64,000 nt of DNA from Heterodontus francisci (lineage: Eukaryota). The notes under the pieces were generated by a model. The model was not told the origin of the DNA and did not search any database. It saw only the letters and a list, made by a program, of their open reading frames with translations. Made by a program: the position numbers and the translations under genes. Shown here piece after piece: positions 25,262 to 38,340 of this stretch. The DNA lies in contig NC_090378.1 in assembly GCF_036365525.1 (NCBI RefSeq), positions 94,849,605-94,913,604 on the forward strand, in the 5' to 3' direction. Numbering within the stretch: the stretch's first letter is position 1; the number at the start of each line of letters is the position of its first letter.

Positions 25262-25366
25262 TCCAGTTCTGACGAAGGGTCACTCACCTGAAACGTTGGC
25301 TCTGCTTCTCTCCCCACAGATGCTGCCAGACTTGCTGAGTATTTCCAGCATTTCTTGTTTTTATTG
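25262..25366 (+). mobile_element. Solo Penelope-like terminal repeat (pseudo-LTR)
   Basis: Same ~105-140 bp repeat that flanks GIY-YIG elements at 38108-38212, 42379-42517 and 44378-44476. Confidence 0.8.
25265..25301 (+). ncRNA. Minimal (Penelope-type) hammerhead ribozyme motif
   Basis: agtt-CTGACGA-agggtcactcacct-GAAACGTT-ggct: both conserved core boxes, an imperfect stem II, palindromic ACGT in place of stem III, and a stem I with G-U pairs. Confidence 0.6.
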
Positions 25367-25489
25367 CTGCAATATGGGTTCAGCTTGAGGTTCTGCCTTC
25401 CAGCCGACCAGGTAGGCAATTCATTTCTTGAATGAAAAGGGAAACTGCAAAGACAGCTGGAGGGGCAGCTGAGATTGGCAAATGAGATT

Positions 25490-26226
25490 GGCCCAGAGTT
25501 TGCTGCCAAAATAATGAGTTTAATGCATGTGTCATTATTAATGTATAAATCATTCAGCAACTTGTGGCGAGGAAGAGATACCACGTGAATTGCGAATCTC
25601 CGCAAGCTGTTGGACAGTTTGCGCTGGTCCGCCAATCACCTCACGAAAATGACATCTCACTCTAACCCCCCACCATGAATTTCATGAAATTGCTGCATTT
25701 GCTTATTAATTGTCCATTAAACTCACAGCAGAAAGTGAGGGCTGGAACATAACATTGCAAGTAATTCTTTAATGAGATTTATGTTCTTGCAATGCCACTC
25801 AACCTTCCTAGCACAGAAAAGGAACAATTGAAACTGTGGAGTAATTCCTAAAAGTAATAAATTGTCCTTGGAAATTAATTATTTTCTTACTTTCCCTTTC
25901 TGTCTCTTTTGTTCTTTCTCTTTTAATCCAATCTTTCTTCCCTCCTTATTTTTCTTTCTGTACCTGATTCTGTCTCTAATTCACCCTGTTTCCTTCTCCA
26001 TCATTCCTCTGTTTATTTCTCGATCTTTAAATCTCATTGGTTAAGGAAATAGACTTTTGGTCCCATCTTTCACCAAGGTCCCAGATGCCTTGTTGCTCTC
26101 ACTGTGCTGTTATCAGCTTGCACTTCCAGCAACTTTCAGGAGTAAAGGTTTTGAAGCTGAAGAGTGAGAGAAATGAATCAACTCACTGAGTGCGCTATGA
26201 GACAATGCGCCAGCAAATTCTGAGCC
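25490..26226. mobile_element. Harbinger-type MITE (AT-rich subfamily)
   Basis: TIRs GGCCCAGAGTTTGCTG / CAGCAAATTCTGAGCC with ATT/AAT flanks. Internally homologous to 48571-50059. Confidence 0.78.
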
Positions 26227-26739
26227 AATTGTTAGGGGCAGCACTGAAATGGGTGGCAGGGACTCGAATTAATCTAAGTAAAGCTTTAGCCTACTGATCT
26301 TTACATGCTTGGTAAGAAATCACCGCAAGACCATTAAAACAGAAAAATTGTTTGGATGCCGCAACTGCAGAAATTCAAGTCTGGGTTGTGTGCATTTGCT
26401 ATTGATTTGAATGCCCTGAACTAAACCTTTACACATTGGTAACATTTTGTTTAGCTTCCCCAAATTAGTATCCCATGGCTCCATTTTCCTACTAATGGTA
26501 TATGGTTCAGTATAATGCCAGTGATAATTTTTCCGGCAGAACCAGATGGATGTTTAACATTCCTTGACTAAATGGTGGGAAATCAATCACTGTGTACAGT
26601 GGGTCAATATAAGTAGTGCTGAGTGTTTGGGTATTCAGGTTATGGTTACTGACAGCTGAGGTTTATCAGAATCCTGTTCAACATGGTTCAGCTTCAATGA
26701 AGTCAGTAGATCTGAGACCAGATTCCAAGCAGAGAGCAG

Positions 26740-27822
26740 GGGCTGGACTTTCATAACGGAAACGGGAAACAGGAACTGGGTCTGGTTTTGGGTCAGAAAC
26801 CTGCCTCCAGTGGGAAGCCGATTCAGATTGTAATTTTTAAATGGATCAGCCCTTAATTGGTACGGAGGCAGGTTTCCTGTCCACTTAGAGCCAGTAAGAT
26901 TAAAAATGGAGCTGGGTCAAATCAAGTGTAGGGCTCATGTAGACCTCCATGGCAGTCATCACTGAGGCTGCTTGTTGTCCTAAGGGAGCAAACTGCCTTC
27001 CACAGCACCAGAGGGGAGCTAGAGGCCTGGCACTAGGGCAAGGCAGACCCTCACTTCATCTATGCCCACCCAGATCTAATGCTGGAGGCTGTGAGGGAGA
27101 GGATAGAGATCCTCTTCCCAGAGGATGGCAGGAGGAGGCCCCTTGTCATGCAGCAGGGGCACCTCTCTGTTCAGTGTTATTGCCCCCCCCCCCTCCGCCC
27201 CCTCTTCGTCCTCCTCCTGTCTTACTTCCTGCTCCTCCCCTGATGAGCTGACTCCATCCAGGGACTCACTGTCCTCAAGGTTCACACCTCTCTGAAGAGC
27301 CATGTTATGGAGAGTGCAGCAGACCACCACAATGATCGAGACCCTTGCAGGAGGGTATTGGAGGGTGCCACCCGACTGAACCAGGCACCAGAATCGCATC
27401 TTCAGAAACCCAGTGGCCTGTTCAGTGGTTGGCCTGCTGATCAGGTGGCATTGGTTGTATCGCCTCTGTTCTTCTGTCTGGGGCTCCCATAGAAGGGTCA
27501 GTAGCCATCTCTTCAAGGGAATTCCCTTGTTCCTTGGAGCCATCTGACTTTGGGGGTTGGAGTGAATTACCAAAGTTGGAGTGAATTACCAGCCTGGACT
27601 GGTGGAAGATGAAGGAGTTATGGCAGCTGCCAGGAAAATGAGCACAAACATGGAGGAAGCTCTTTTTGTGATTGCGGACTATTTGCTATTGAGGGCGTGG
27701 AAGCCATTCCTGTTGATGGATCTCACTGGCCGGTTGCTGGGTGCCTTGATGGCCACATGGGCACAAGCGATGATGCCCTGCACCTGGAAGAATCCAGCAA
27801 TGGAGGCTGAACCCAGTGCCCT
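26740..27822. mobile_element. Decayed PIF/Harbinger transposon with convergent Myb/SANT-like (+) and DDE transposase (-) remnants
   Basis: Left TIR GGGCTGGACTTT. The + strand gives HFIYAHPDLMLEAVRERIEILFPEDGRRRP (~27052-27141). The - strand gives SIAGFFQVQGIIACAHVAIKAP..INRNGFHALN..HVCAHFPGSCHNSF and PLKRWLLT..QRRYNQCH..LKMRFWCL..LQYPPARVSIIVVVCCTLHN (HARBI1/DDE_Tnp_4-like). Confidence 0.88.
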
Positions 27823-27934
27823 GTGTAATAGAAACAGAAAGTGCTGGAAATACTCAGCAGGTCAGGCAGCATCTGTGGAGAGAGAAACAGAGTTAATGGT
27901 TCAGGTCTGTGACCTGAAGAAGGAAATGCAGCAG

Positions 27935-28258
27935 CCAATTTGTCCACAGCAGGTCCTAAAAACAGCAATGAGATAAATAACGGGTTATGTTGCTTGAGGA
28001 ATAAATATTGACATGGATACTGGGGAGAGCTTCCTTGCTGTTCTTCAAAATAGTGGCATGAGATCTCTTTGTGTCCACATGAGAGGGCAGATGTGGCCTC
28101 GGTTTAACGTCTCATCCAAAAGACAGCACCACTGACAGTGCAGCATTCCCTTAGTACTGCACTGGAACGCCAGCTAAGATTTTGTACTCAAGTCACTGGA
28201 GTGGGACTGCTGCTGATTTAGAGGTGAGAATGCTACCAACTGAGCCACAGCTGACACA
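27935..28258 (-). mobile_element. DeuSINE
   Basis: Reverse complement contains gatgagacgttaaaccgaggcc.catctgccctctca.gtgga and a tRNA-like head. Confidence 0.75.
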
Positions 28259-31200
28259 GTGTAAGGTTTGCTGTGTTAGAATCATGAATCCTGTCATTCT
28301 GTATTCTGTTACAAAATTAGGTGAGACAGAATCCCATTCATTCAGGATATAGTCCAATTCCTGTGAATTCATTATGATAAACTTACAGCTCTCATGTGAT
28401 CTCTGCCTCATTTTTTTCCAGATCTCTTCATAGTTTGAACTCAAATGGAGTAAAACAGTGCTAGTTTATTCAAAGTGGGATAACTGATGAGACCCATCCA
28501 TTATTGTGATTGCCACAAATACCAGGTGAACTGGTATATAATTCTTTGGATGATGGTGAAATGGATTAACCTGGATTTTATATCCCCATTTTTCTTTTAC
28601 TTTACAAAACAACCCTTATATCTCAAGAAGTTAACAAGAGCATCTCACAATCATTGCTAGCTTTATTGGTATAATGAGAAGATCTGTGACAAAGACTAGT
28701 AGGCTATGATTTATAAACAATGTGCCAAAGTATTGGTGTACGCCATAGATTCGCCATTACTGTGCACAGGTTTCCAGCAAATCCCAGCCCAATTCTTTCC
28801 ATTTATATAGCGTGTTTGGTGCAGTAAAATATCCCAATGCATTTCGTGGAGAAGAAATAGACTCTGAGCAGTAAAGAAAGCAAATAGCTAGGATTTACAC
28901 AGCATCTTTCATATTTCCAGCATGTCTCCAAGTACATTGCGACCAATGAATTACTTTTAAAATTTGAACAGTGTTGTGTAGGTAAATACATCATTCATTA
29001 GCACATAGTTAAAGTCCCACCCCTGCAACGGAGAAGAATAACTGGTTAATCAGGGTTTTCTTTTTGGTGGTGTTGGTTGAGGAAAGAATACTGGTCAGAA
29101 CAGCTTCCTGCTCTTCTTTGAATAGTATTGTGGGATCCTTAACATCTATCTGATCCACAATAAAGCTGGACAGTAATCGAAGCGGTAATTGAAAACTTAG
29201 TTGAAAATATAGATTGAGAAGAGGCTTTTAGAGGCAGAGGGGGGAGTTGTAATCAAGAGAGGTTTAAGGAAGGAGTCCCAGAATGTGGGACTGAGGTGGC
29301 TGAACGTACCATAGTAATGGTGGAGAGAAAGGGATGCACAGGAGGCTGAAGCCAGAGGACTGAAGGATAGTTCAGATCGGCACAGTTTGGTTATGGTCTG
29401 CATTAGTAATACATATAATACATGTGATGTTCATATCACTTCAGATTTAAAAAAGTAAGAATTAGATCTAATTATAAATGTTAAATGTGTGCACTGTACT
29501 AAATGGATTGCAGAATGATTGTGGTAAAGATATAGCGAACTTTGTCTTGTTTATCCTAACATACATCGCAATGCCTGCTTTCAACTCTCATGCAGTCATC
29601 TCCAGAACTGTTTTATGGAAATGACATACTGACAAGCAGTGTAACAGCAGGAGTACACTAGAACCAAAGGAGCCACACAGATAAAACGAGCCTCTAACCT
29701 TCATCAATTTAAAATGTATGAGTGATGCTTATAGCTTAGCAAACTTAGCAAAATTGCAATGTTGAATCTTTATTCTTGCTTTTAGCATAAATACTTTTAA
29801 AAAAATTTAGATGTGCCAAATGCTTTTAATACTTTCAGTTGAAGATTTAAATCTTTGTTGCAAAATATAGTCAGTATCTATTGGGGTTCCAAGGCAAAAT
29901 CAGCTGTCTATAGCATGAAGTATATGAAATAACTGCTCAAGATTAAGAGAATAGTGTAAATTTCTAGTCTATAGCACCAACTAAAATGTATGTATAAAGT
30001 TGTGGGAGAACAAATCATATCAGTTCCAAGATGGAGTCTGCAAATAAAATGTCATCACTATGATATCCTATTGCATTCTTATTGCAAGGCTTCTTAAAAT
30101 TCACAGCTTCTACTTTATATCTGTAAGTAGTACAATCCATTAGAGTATAAATATATATATCTCTGGTCTTCTATAATTGCCTGATTTTATTCCCTAGTAT
30201 GTTGCTATTTTGTTCTACATGTGAATTCTTTTCAATGAGATTTTTTTACTGTGATTTATACACCACATTTGTGTCTTTGTGATAACTTGTAAAGTCACAG
30301 AGTGTGTGAAATAATCCAATCTATTTTCCAAACAGTGGAATGTAGAAGACAAGCATAACTATATCTGTTTCATAACTAATATACACATTTAAAAGTCAAG
30401 TTTTGAACTTTTTCATCACCACAAAGTAAGAACATACTAAATAAAGTATTGTGTGTAAATGTGGAAGAGTTTGTGTTATTTCGGTACTTCTGTCTATAAG
30501 TCTCGCATAAACCAACTAACTCGAACTCATTAAGTACCATTAGCTCTCACATTTTCTCCCCTCTTCTGAAGAGCATGATTTTTGTACTTCAATAAGACTG
30601 GGTGCCCTTCAGTCAAGTGACTATTGTCACACATCACAGCTGAGACCAAATCTGACACTGCCTGAAATCTGTGCTCTTGCATTTCCTGCAGGGGTGCTAG
30701 ATAAAGATTTAATGGAATTTAGTTGATGAGAGTGTGCATTTACTATTTAGACAATGATAATTATTCTGAAACAAAAGCTATGACGCAGCTTAGCTTTTAA
30801 TGATAGACAAAGAACATTTCTGCATTTTCTTTTTGGTTGCAAATTATTATTCACTTTTTTCCTGCTTAAAGAACAAAGGTACATTCATTAGAACCGTATA
30901 ATTATCTCTGTGTGGGGCTGGTACAGTAGTTGCCTCAAGCTTTTGGGAAACATTCCTGAGCCAGACCCCTCCTAGAGATCAGTTGATCATTGCTATGGGG
31001 CCAATTCCAGGCGACAACACCAACTTGCATTTATGTCGTGCCCTTAACGTAGTAAAATATCCCAAGGCCCTTCACAATGACCTGAATCTTCACAATATTT
31101 AGTTGGAGGAAATTTCTGCTCATCCAGGGCTGGATGTCACACAAGCAACATGACAAATCAGAAACAGTGGAGGGGTCGAGGGAGGTTTTTTTCTGATGAT

Positions 31201-31537
31201 ACTGTCATGGAGCAGCAGATGCCCAAGTGCTCAGGAAAGCCAGGGGTTACCATATGAAAGTCCTGATGAGTGTTCAACAGAGCCCGACCATTGTCTTGCT
31301 GGTCCCAGGGAAATTTTCACTCAATATAACAGGACAGAGTGCCAAAGGCTGTCACTGTCTGCAACATACCACCAGGCTGCTTTAAACTGAAAACTCAAAG
31401 TAGGTGCAATTGCTCATGGACAGGAGTGTAAAACGGGTTAGAGAAAAATGTCAGCCTGTCTTACACTATGCCCGCAATTCGAGTCCATTGTGCAAAATCA
31501 GATGCGATGTAAAATGGAACATTTGATATGCCATCAT

Positions 31538-32160
31538 CCAATACCCCAATACCCCATCACGCCATTAACCCCCAACTCACAATAACCTCCAATACCCCCA
31601 TCGTCCCCTAATAAACCCCTAAAAACCCTCACCCACAATAACCCCCTCACACCAATAACCCCCATCACCCCGATAACTCCCTCACTCCGATAACCCCTCA
31701 ACCCCAATACAACCCTCACCTGATAACTCCTTCACATCTGATAACCCCCTCACTCCCAATAACTCCCTCATCCCGATAACCCCATCACCTCAATAACCCC
31801 TTCAGCCCAATAACCCCCTCACCCCCAGTAGCTCCCTCACCCCTAGTAACCCCCTCACCCCATAACCTCCTCATGCCCAATAACCCCCTCACACTCGAGT
31901 AACCCCCTCACCCCCAATAGCCCCCTCACACCTAATAACCCCCTCACCCCAGATAAGCACCGCAAGCCCAATAAGCCCCTCAGCCCCAATCACCCCCTCA
32001 CCCCCAGTAACCCCCTCACTCCCGATAACCTCCTCATGCCCGATAACCCTCTCGCACCTAATAACCCCCTCACCCCAAATAACCCCCTCACCCCCGATAA
32101 CCCCCTCCCTCCCAATAACCCCTTCACCCCCAATAATCTTCTCACTCCCAATAGCCCCAT
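31538..32160. repeat. C-rich minisatellite, ~18 bp unit (AATAACCCCCTCACCCC-like)
   Basis: More than 30 degenerate tandem units are visible; one frame reads as (TPNNPL)n. Confidence 0.92.
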
Positions 32161-32695
32161 TAAGCTACATTGCTTTTGTGTTAATCAAATCCCATGTCAG
32201 TTTGATCTTTCCGCTACCACACTGACAACATCTTAAACCAAGCAGGTATGAAGAACATCGCTATTCCCTGAGATTGATCCACCCTAGAACTGAAGGGTTG
32301 GAATGTTCCATGGATTATGAATTAGCAGTTATAACCATGGAAGTTTACGGCACAGAAGGAGGCCTTCATGCTGTGCAAGCTCTTTGTTCAAGCAATTCAA
32401 TACTGATCCCACTGACCTGTTCCCTCTCCAGAGCACTCTATCTTCCTCTTGGAAAGTTTATCTTCCCATAAAAGATCAAATGCTCTCCACTCCCGGAGGC
32501 AAAGAACTCTTCTGTAAAAAGAAATCTTTCCTAGCTCTGCTCACTCAATCGATGATTCCCCAAGCAGAGCAAGTAATCCTCTGATTCACCCTATCAACGC
32601 CCTTGACAATTGAAATAAAATGAGCAGAAATACCGCAAACAACAGGATAGAATATAATGGGGTGCTAAGTGAACAGACGCATTTTGAATCACTAC

Positions 32696-33484
32696 GGCTA
32701 GAATTTTTCAGACCCCCCCCCCACACCCACCTCTCTCCCCCACCTACAGGAGTGGGCTAATGGTGGGGGGGGACATAAAATTAAGTGTGAGACGGGGGGC
32801 CGTTCCTGACACCTTCCCGGCCCCACTACAATTTTACCAGAGGCGGCAGTGACAAGAAGCGGCCTGCCCACTCCAGGCCAATCAAGGCCCTTAAGTGGTC
32901 AATTAATTGTCACTTAAAGACCTCTCCAGCTGCCACTGGTATTTTACCAGCTGCAGGCGGGCACCTTAGGCACCACAGAAAGCCACCAGGTAAAACCTTA
33001 CAGGCTGGGGTTGTGGGGATTGGGGGGGGGGGGGTGCACCCTGTACGCCACAGAGGCCCCCCCCCGAAGATCTAACCACCCCCACTGAAATAAAGTTCCC
33101 TCCCCTCCCCTCCCCTCCAAACCAACCCCCCCCCCTCCACCTTTGCATTGCTGGGGCCCGGCCGATTGCCCCCAGTGAGGCCCCAAAACTTACCTCTCTT
33201 CCGGGGCCGACGTCCATGATCCTGTTGTTGGCTGGATGCAGTCCCAGCAGTGGCCACCATTCCCAGTGGCGCTGCTGGGACTGAGAGCTGCCGGCTCACT
33301 GATTGGCAGGCAGTTCTTGGAGGCGGGACGTCTGCTTCAAGGAGGTGGAAATGTCGCCCAAGTCCAATTAAGGGCCTGGGCAGTGTAAAATCCTGGCATG
33401 GCTCCCCAGACCCAGCAGAGGTGGGCTGGCCCCCGACTTTTGGTCTGGTGGGCAGGACCTCCCACCCAATGTAAAATTCTAGCC
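32696..33484. mobile_element. Harbinger-type MITE with TAC TSD
   Basis: TIRs GGCTAGAATTTT / AAAATTCTAGCC, with TAC on both sides. Internally related to 43611-44281. Confidence 0.85.
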
Positions 33485-34949
33485 TACGTCACAGAACTAC
33501 TGCATGAACGACGATACATTAATCTACACAGATTCTGTGTTCATTACTAACAGGCCAGCTGAGGGAGAGTGCAAGTTTCCATCTGTGGCAAAGTGAACAC
33601 CTTCCTTATAGGCTGTTTCCCAGTGGTACTCATAGGCTCTTGTTTTATTTAATAATATCCTGCAAGTCTTACCACACCCCTCCCCACACTCCCCCCCCTC
33701 CAACCCCCGCCAAACCCACTCCTGTTCCAAGTTCCATTTACTTACCAAGTAACAAGACAAAACCAGTTCAGACAGAATTCAAAAACTCTGAGGAACTTGC
33801 ATCATGATGCCAGAACCCATAAATTAGCATGAGATCTTTTTAGATGTATTTCATTTAGCCTTAAAATAATCCATAAACTATAAAGTAAATAATATCAATA
33901 GTAATGAGGCAGATACACTGGAGCAAATAACCTTCTACGTTGTCATGGTCCTGCTTCTTATTCTGGTTTCTGATTGCCCATTTATGCCAGACATGTTGTT
34001 GGAGACAACCCTGTAAAGTGAGCAATGCAGCACCAGTGCCCCTTGAGGCACTGAACCCTTCACTGCCGATATTTCCCCTGGATCTGCAACATTGCTTCTG
34101 GCCACAAGTGGGCTAATACAAGTATGCAATGCACTTTCACCACAACCTGCGTGTGCTCTCTGCTGGCATTGAAGAAGGTTCCAGCCAGGACATCAATGTA
34201 GTGTTTAGTAATTTTGTACCAGAATGTGCATGCAAGCGGTTTGGCATTGAAATTCCATTGTTGGCGAGTCCATATTACATTATAGAAAGAGAAGTGAGGA
34301 ACTAGGTTATTACATAGAATTATATAGATATTACAGCACAGAAATAATATCCAACTACACCCAACTACGCTGTGCAGGTGCTAATGCTCCACTTGGAGCC
34401 TGCTCCCACCCTACTTCATCTCATCTCACCAGCATATCCTTCTATTTCTTTCTCTCTCATGTACTTATCTATTTTCCCCCTTATTATGACATAAGGTTAT
34501 AATATTGTATTCATTCAATGCACTTCCATGATAAGAACAGGGTATTAAACCACAGGAGATGTGCAAAGTTAAACGAGCAGGTTATCTGAGCTCTTACCCA
34601 TTGCCGGCATGTTTCAGAAAATCATGGGCAAAACGCCAGTGAAGTACCTCACTGCAGGTGGGGGGGGTTTGGAAGATCTAGCCCATGAACAACAGGACCC
34701 TCTTAGTCTTTAGCCCAACCTGGGCCATACATACCTGACCAGACCTAGAGGTCTGAACAGAATTACATAAAAACCAAAAAACTATTTATTAAGACACAGG
34801 TCATTTCGCGGTGAAATCAGACTGAAACTCAATCACACCATGCTTTGAGTGTGCTCAATATTACATTTCATTAAAATTGTGTCAGTCACCTTCACTTGAA
34901 GCAAAACAATATGGTTTACCTAAATACTTGTGTGTTTTGAGGTCATCCG

Positions 34950-35457
34950 AGCAGCTTCATAACACAGGACTCAGTGCTCTACAGGCTGTTCTGAGGGAGG
35001 CACACTGAGATAAACATCAGCTGCAGCTGGAGAACCATTAACTCAGTGAAAGACGCACTTTGGTCTGCCTGAAACTTGCTGGTCTTCCAGTGAAAGAGCT
35101 GTCAACAACTGAGTGTTGTAAACTGGCATATTCCAAGGTCCAAGACTACATGCTGAGGGACGCATTAAAGCTTGGGACAACCACCGCAAAGTCTCAATGG
35201 GGAAAGGCCCTCTGACATAGTATAGCAAAGGGCTGGAACCCATGTAAAACCCCTCGGCTGTACGCACCAGGGAAGGTTGGACATAAAATGTAAATGTACA
35301 TTGTAAATAAGCCTGAAATGGCATGTGTATTGAGACACCTCATGTACTGTATTGAAAGAAACTGATCTGTATTGCACTTTATGTAATGTCAAATTTGAAC
35401 TGTTATGTAATGTACTTTTACAAATTTTATGAATAAAGTATATTTTGGGGGAAAAAA
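34950..35457 (+). mobile_element. Tx1/L1-group LINE 3' end
   Basis: INSVKDALWSA*NLLVFQ..TECCKLAYSKVQDYMLRDALKLG..QWGK, followed by AATAAA and an A-rich tail. Confidence 0.7.
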
Positions 35458-35807
35458 TGTCTGTGTTGTGTGCAGGGAGATCTTCCTTGCCGTTTACATT
35501 GCAATACCATCTCTATAATATAAATGGGATGCCATACATTTCTCTAGAGGTAGGGAGCACAACTCTGGGAGATGGTTTCATTCTGTCCTGGCAGGAGCAA
35601 AGCACCTCCACCAGCAAATCACTTCCACCAGTGACCATTTTCTCCTGGTCACAGCCAGCTCAGCTCTCAGTGCCGAATCAACACATTGTTGGCTTGTGGG
35701 ACCATCTTGGACCCAGAAATGTACAGTAGCGCTTGTGACTTTAAAGCAATTGTGTACGTGCAATCTTCCACATATATAGTCGTTCTGGCTAAATCTGCCT
35801 CCCATAC

Positions 35808-36375
35808 AACCATAGAAAGGTTATGGCACAGAAGGAGGCCATTCAGCCCATCATGTCTGCGCCGGTTGATAAAACTAGCCACCCAATCTAGTCCCACCTT
35901 CCAGCATCTGGTCCGTAACCTTGTTAGTTACAGCACTTCAGGTGCATGTCCAGGTACCTTTTAAATGAGTTGAGGGTTTCTGCCTCCACCACCGAGCTGG
36001 GCAGAGAATTCAGACACCCACAACCCTCTGGGTGATAACGTTTTTCCTCATGTCTCCTCTAATCCTTCTACCAATCACCTTAAATCTGTGCCCCCTTGTA
36101 ATTGGCTTTCCACTAGCGGAAACAGGTCCTTCCTGTCTACTCTATCCAGGCCCCTCATAATTTTGTACACCCAATTAAATCACCCCTCAGCTTCCTCTGT
36201 TCAAAGGAAAACAACTCTATCCAATCCAAGAAATGCTGGAACCACTCAGCAGAGTGGTTCCAGTATTTCTTGTTTTTATTTCAGATTTCCAGCATCACAG
36301 TATTTTGCTTTTATCTATCCAATCCAATCTTTCCTCATAGCAGCAATTTTCAAACCCTGGCAACATTCTTGTAAG
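35808..36375 (-). mobile_element. CR1 3' fragment containing a small Penelope-repeat piece
   Basis: CR1 tail (ggcacagaaggaggccattcagccc) and caaccctctgggtga; repeat piece at ~36228-36312. Confidence 0.7.
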
Positions 36376-36764
36376 TTCAACATTCTCCCCACCCCCACCC
36401 GAGTACAAATGGATCATGTCGGCACAATGGGAATTAGTTCATGCTGCAGAACCAATTGTATTGGAAGCTGGGACTTCAAACTGGTATGGGAGCCAATCCA
36501 GAGCCAGTCTAGAGCCATCCAGCCTAGAAAACACGATTGCCCACAGTACTCAACCAGTCTATCTCTCTTTGCACTGTTACCTCAATGAGCATTAGCCATT
36601 ACTGCTTTGGAGGAAGTACTTTACTCAAGGCTACAGGAATGTGGTGGTTATGTTACTGGATTAATAATCCAGTTAGAACGCAAGTTTTAATCCCGCCCAG
36701 TATTAAAAATCTGGAAATAAAAACTGAAGCAGTTAGAATGTTGTAAAAACACAACATTCCATGC

Positions 36765-38212
36765 CCGGCCCATTTCCCGTACCCCTACCCTCACCCCTTC
36801 CCCTCCCTCCCAGAACTGCGACAGGGTTCCCCTTGTCCTCACTTTCCACCCCATCAGCCTCCATATCCAAAGGACCATCCTCCGCTATTTCCGCCACCTC
36901 CAGCGTGATGCCACTACCAAACGCATCTTCCCCTCCCTTCCCCTGTCAGTGTTCCAAAGGGATCATTCCCTCCGTGACACCCTGGTCCACTCTTCCATTA
37001 CCCCCACCACCACGTCCCCTTCCCACGACACCTTCCCCTGCAAGCGCAGGAGGTGTAATACCTGACCATTTACCTCCTCTCTCCACACTATCCCAGGCCC
37101 CAATCACTCCTTTCAGATGAAGCAGTGATTTACTTGTTTCAATGTAGTGTACTGTATTCGCTGCTCACAATGTGGTCTCCTCTACATTGGGGAGACCAAA
37201 CGGAGACTAGGTGACCGCTTTGAGGAACACCTCTGATCAGTCCAAAAGCATGACCCCGAGCTTCCAGTTGCTGGCCATTTCAACACAGCTCCCTGCTCTC
37301 ATGCCCACATCTCTGTCCTAGGATTGCTGCAGTGTTCCAGTGAACATCAACGCAAGCTCGAGGAACAGCATCTCATTTACCGATTAGGCACACTACAGCC
37401 TGCCGGACTGAATATTGAGTTCAATCATTTCAGAGCATGATGGGCCCCCCATTTTACTTTAATTTTAGTTATTTTTTCTTTTTTCTTTTATTTTTTGTGT
37501 TTATTTTATTTTAATTTGTTCAGTTTGTTTCTACTGTGCCTACTCACTGTTTTTTTTCATATTTGTGCTTGTGGCTGTTCAGTTCTCAGTCCATTAACAC
37601 CCTATCTGTACTATTGCTTTGTCTTTCAGCACACCATTAAAATATTGTTTGCCTTTGCTCCATGACCTACTGGTCAGCTATTAGCGTCATAGAGAGATAC
37701 AGCACTGAAACAGGCCCTCCGGCCCACCGAGTCTGTGCCGACCATCAACCACCCATTTATACTAATCCTACATTAATCCCTACCACATCCCCTCAATTCT
37801 CCTACCACCTACCTACACTAGGGGCAATTTACAATGGCCAATTTACCTATCAACCTGCAAGTCTTTGGCTGTGGGAGGAAACCTGAGCACCCGGTGGAAA
37901 CCCATGTGGTCACAGGGGGAACTTGCAAACCCAACACAGGCAGTACCCAGAACCCAACCCGGGTCGCTGCAGCTGTGAGGCTGCAATGCTAACCACAGCG
38001 CCACTGTGCCGCCCTGTATTCTGTGACCTTGTCCTATCAACACCTTCTCTTTTGTTATCTCTTACCCCACCCCTACTTGCTTAAAATCTTTTACATTTCT
38101 TATATCTGCCAGTTCTAATGAAGGGTCACTGACCTGAAATGTTAACTCTGCTTCTCTCTCCACAGATGCTGCCAGACCTGCTGAGTATTTCCAGCATTTC
38201 TTGTTTTTATTA
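36765..38212 (+). mobile_element. Penelope-like element 3' part (GIY-YIG endonuclease) with terminal repeat
   Basis: VYCIRCSQCGLLYIGETKRRLGDRFEEHL (GIY-YIG, ~37143-37235). Terminal repeat at 38108-38212. Interrupted by an HE1 SINE. Confidence 0.88.
37690..38014 (-). mobile_element. HE1-type V-SINE
   Basis: Reverse complement of the SINE at 44573-44923. Confidence 0.88.
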
Positions 38213-38340
38213 CAGTAATGTCCTTTAGAGAAGTAACCTGCCATCCTGGCTAAATGTGCCTTCAGACCCACACCAACTTAGTTGTCACTTATCAGCACTC
38301 TACCAGACGCTCAGTTGTATCAAACTGCTACCAAAACTAG

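Noticed and set aside
27557-27592. 16 bp direct repeat GTTGGAGTGAATTACC
   Set aside because: Local duplication or deletion scar inside the dead Harbinger transposase; not a CRISPR-like array.
28380-28530. Splice-like signals on both strands, considered as an exon of a convergent neighbour such as HSD17B7
   Set aside because: All + frames are closed and the - strand peptide shows no recognisable similarity.
32036-32236. (TPNNPL)n ORF
   Set aside because: Translation of the minisatellite.
33930-34285. Unique, coding-looking segment
   Set aside because: No recognisable translation or convincing splice pair.
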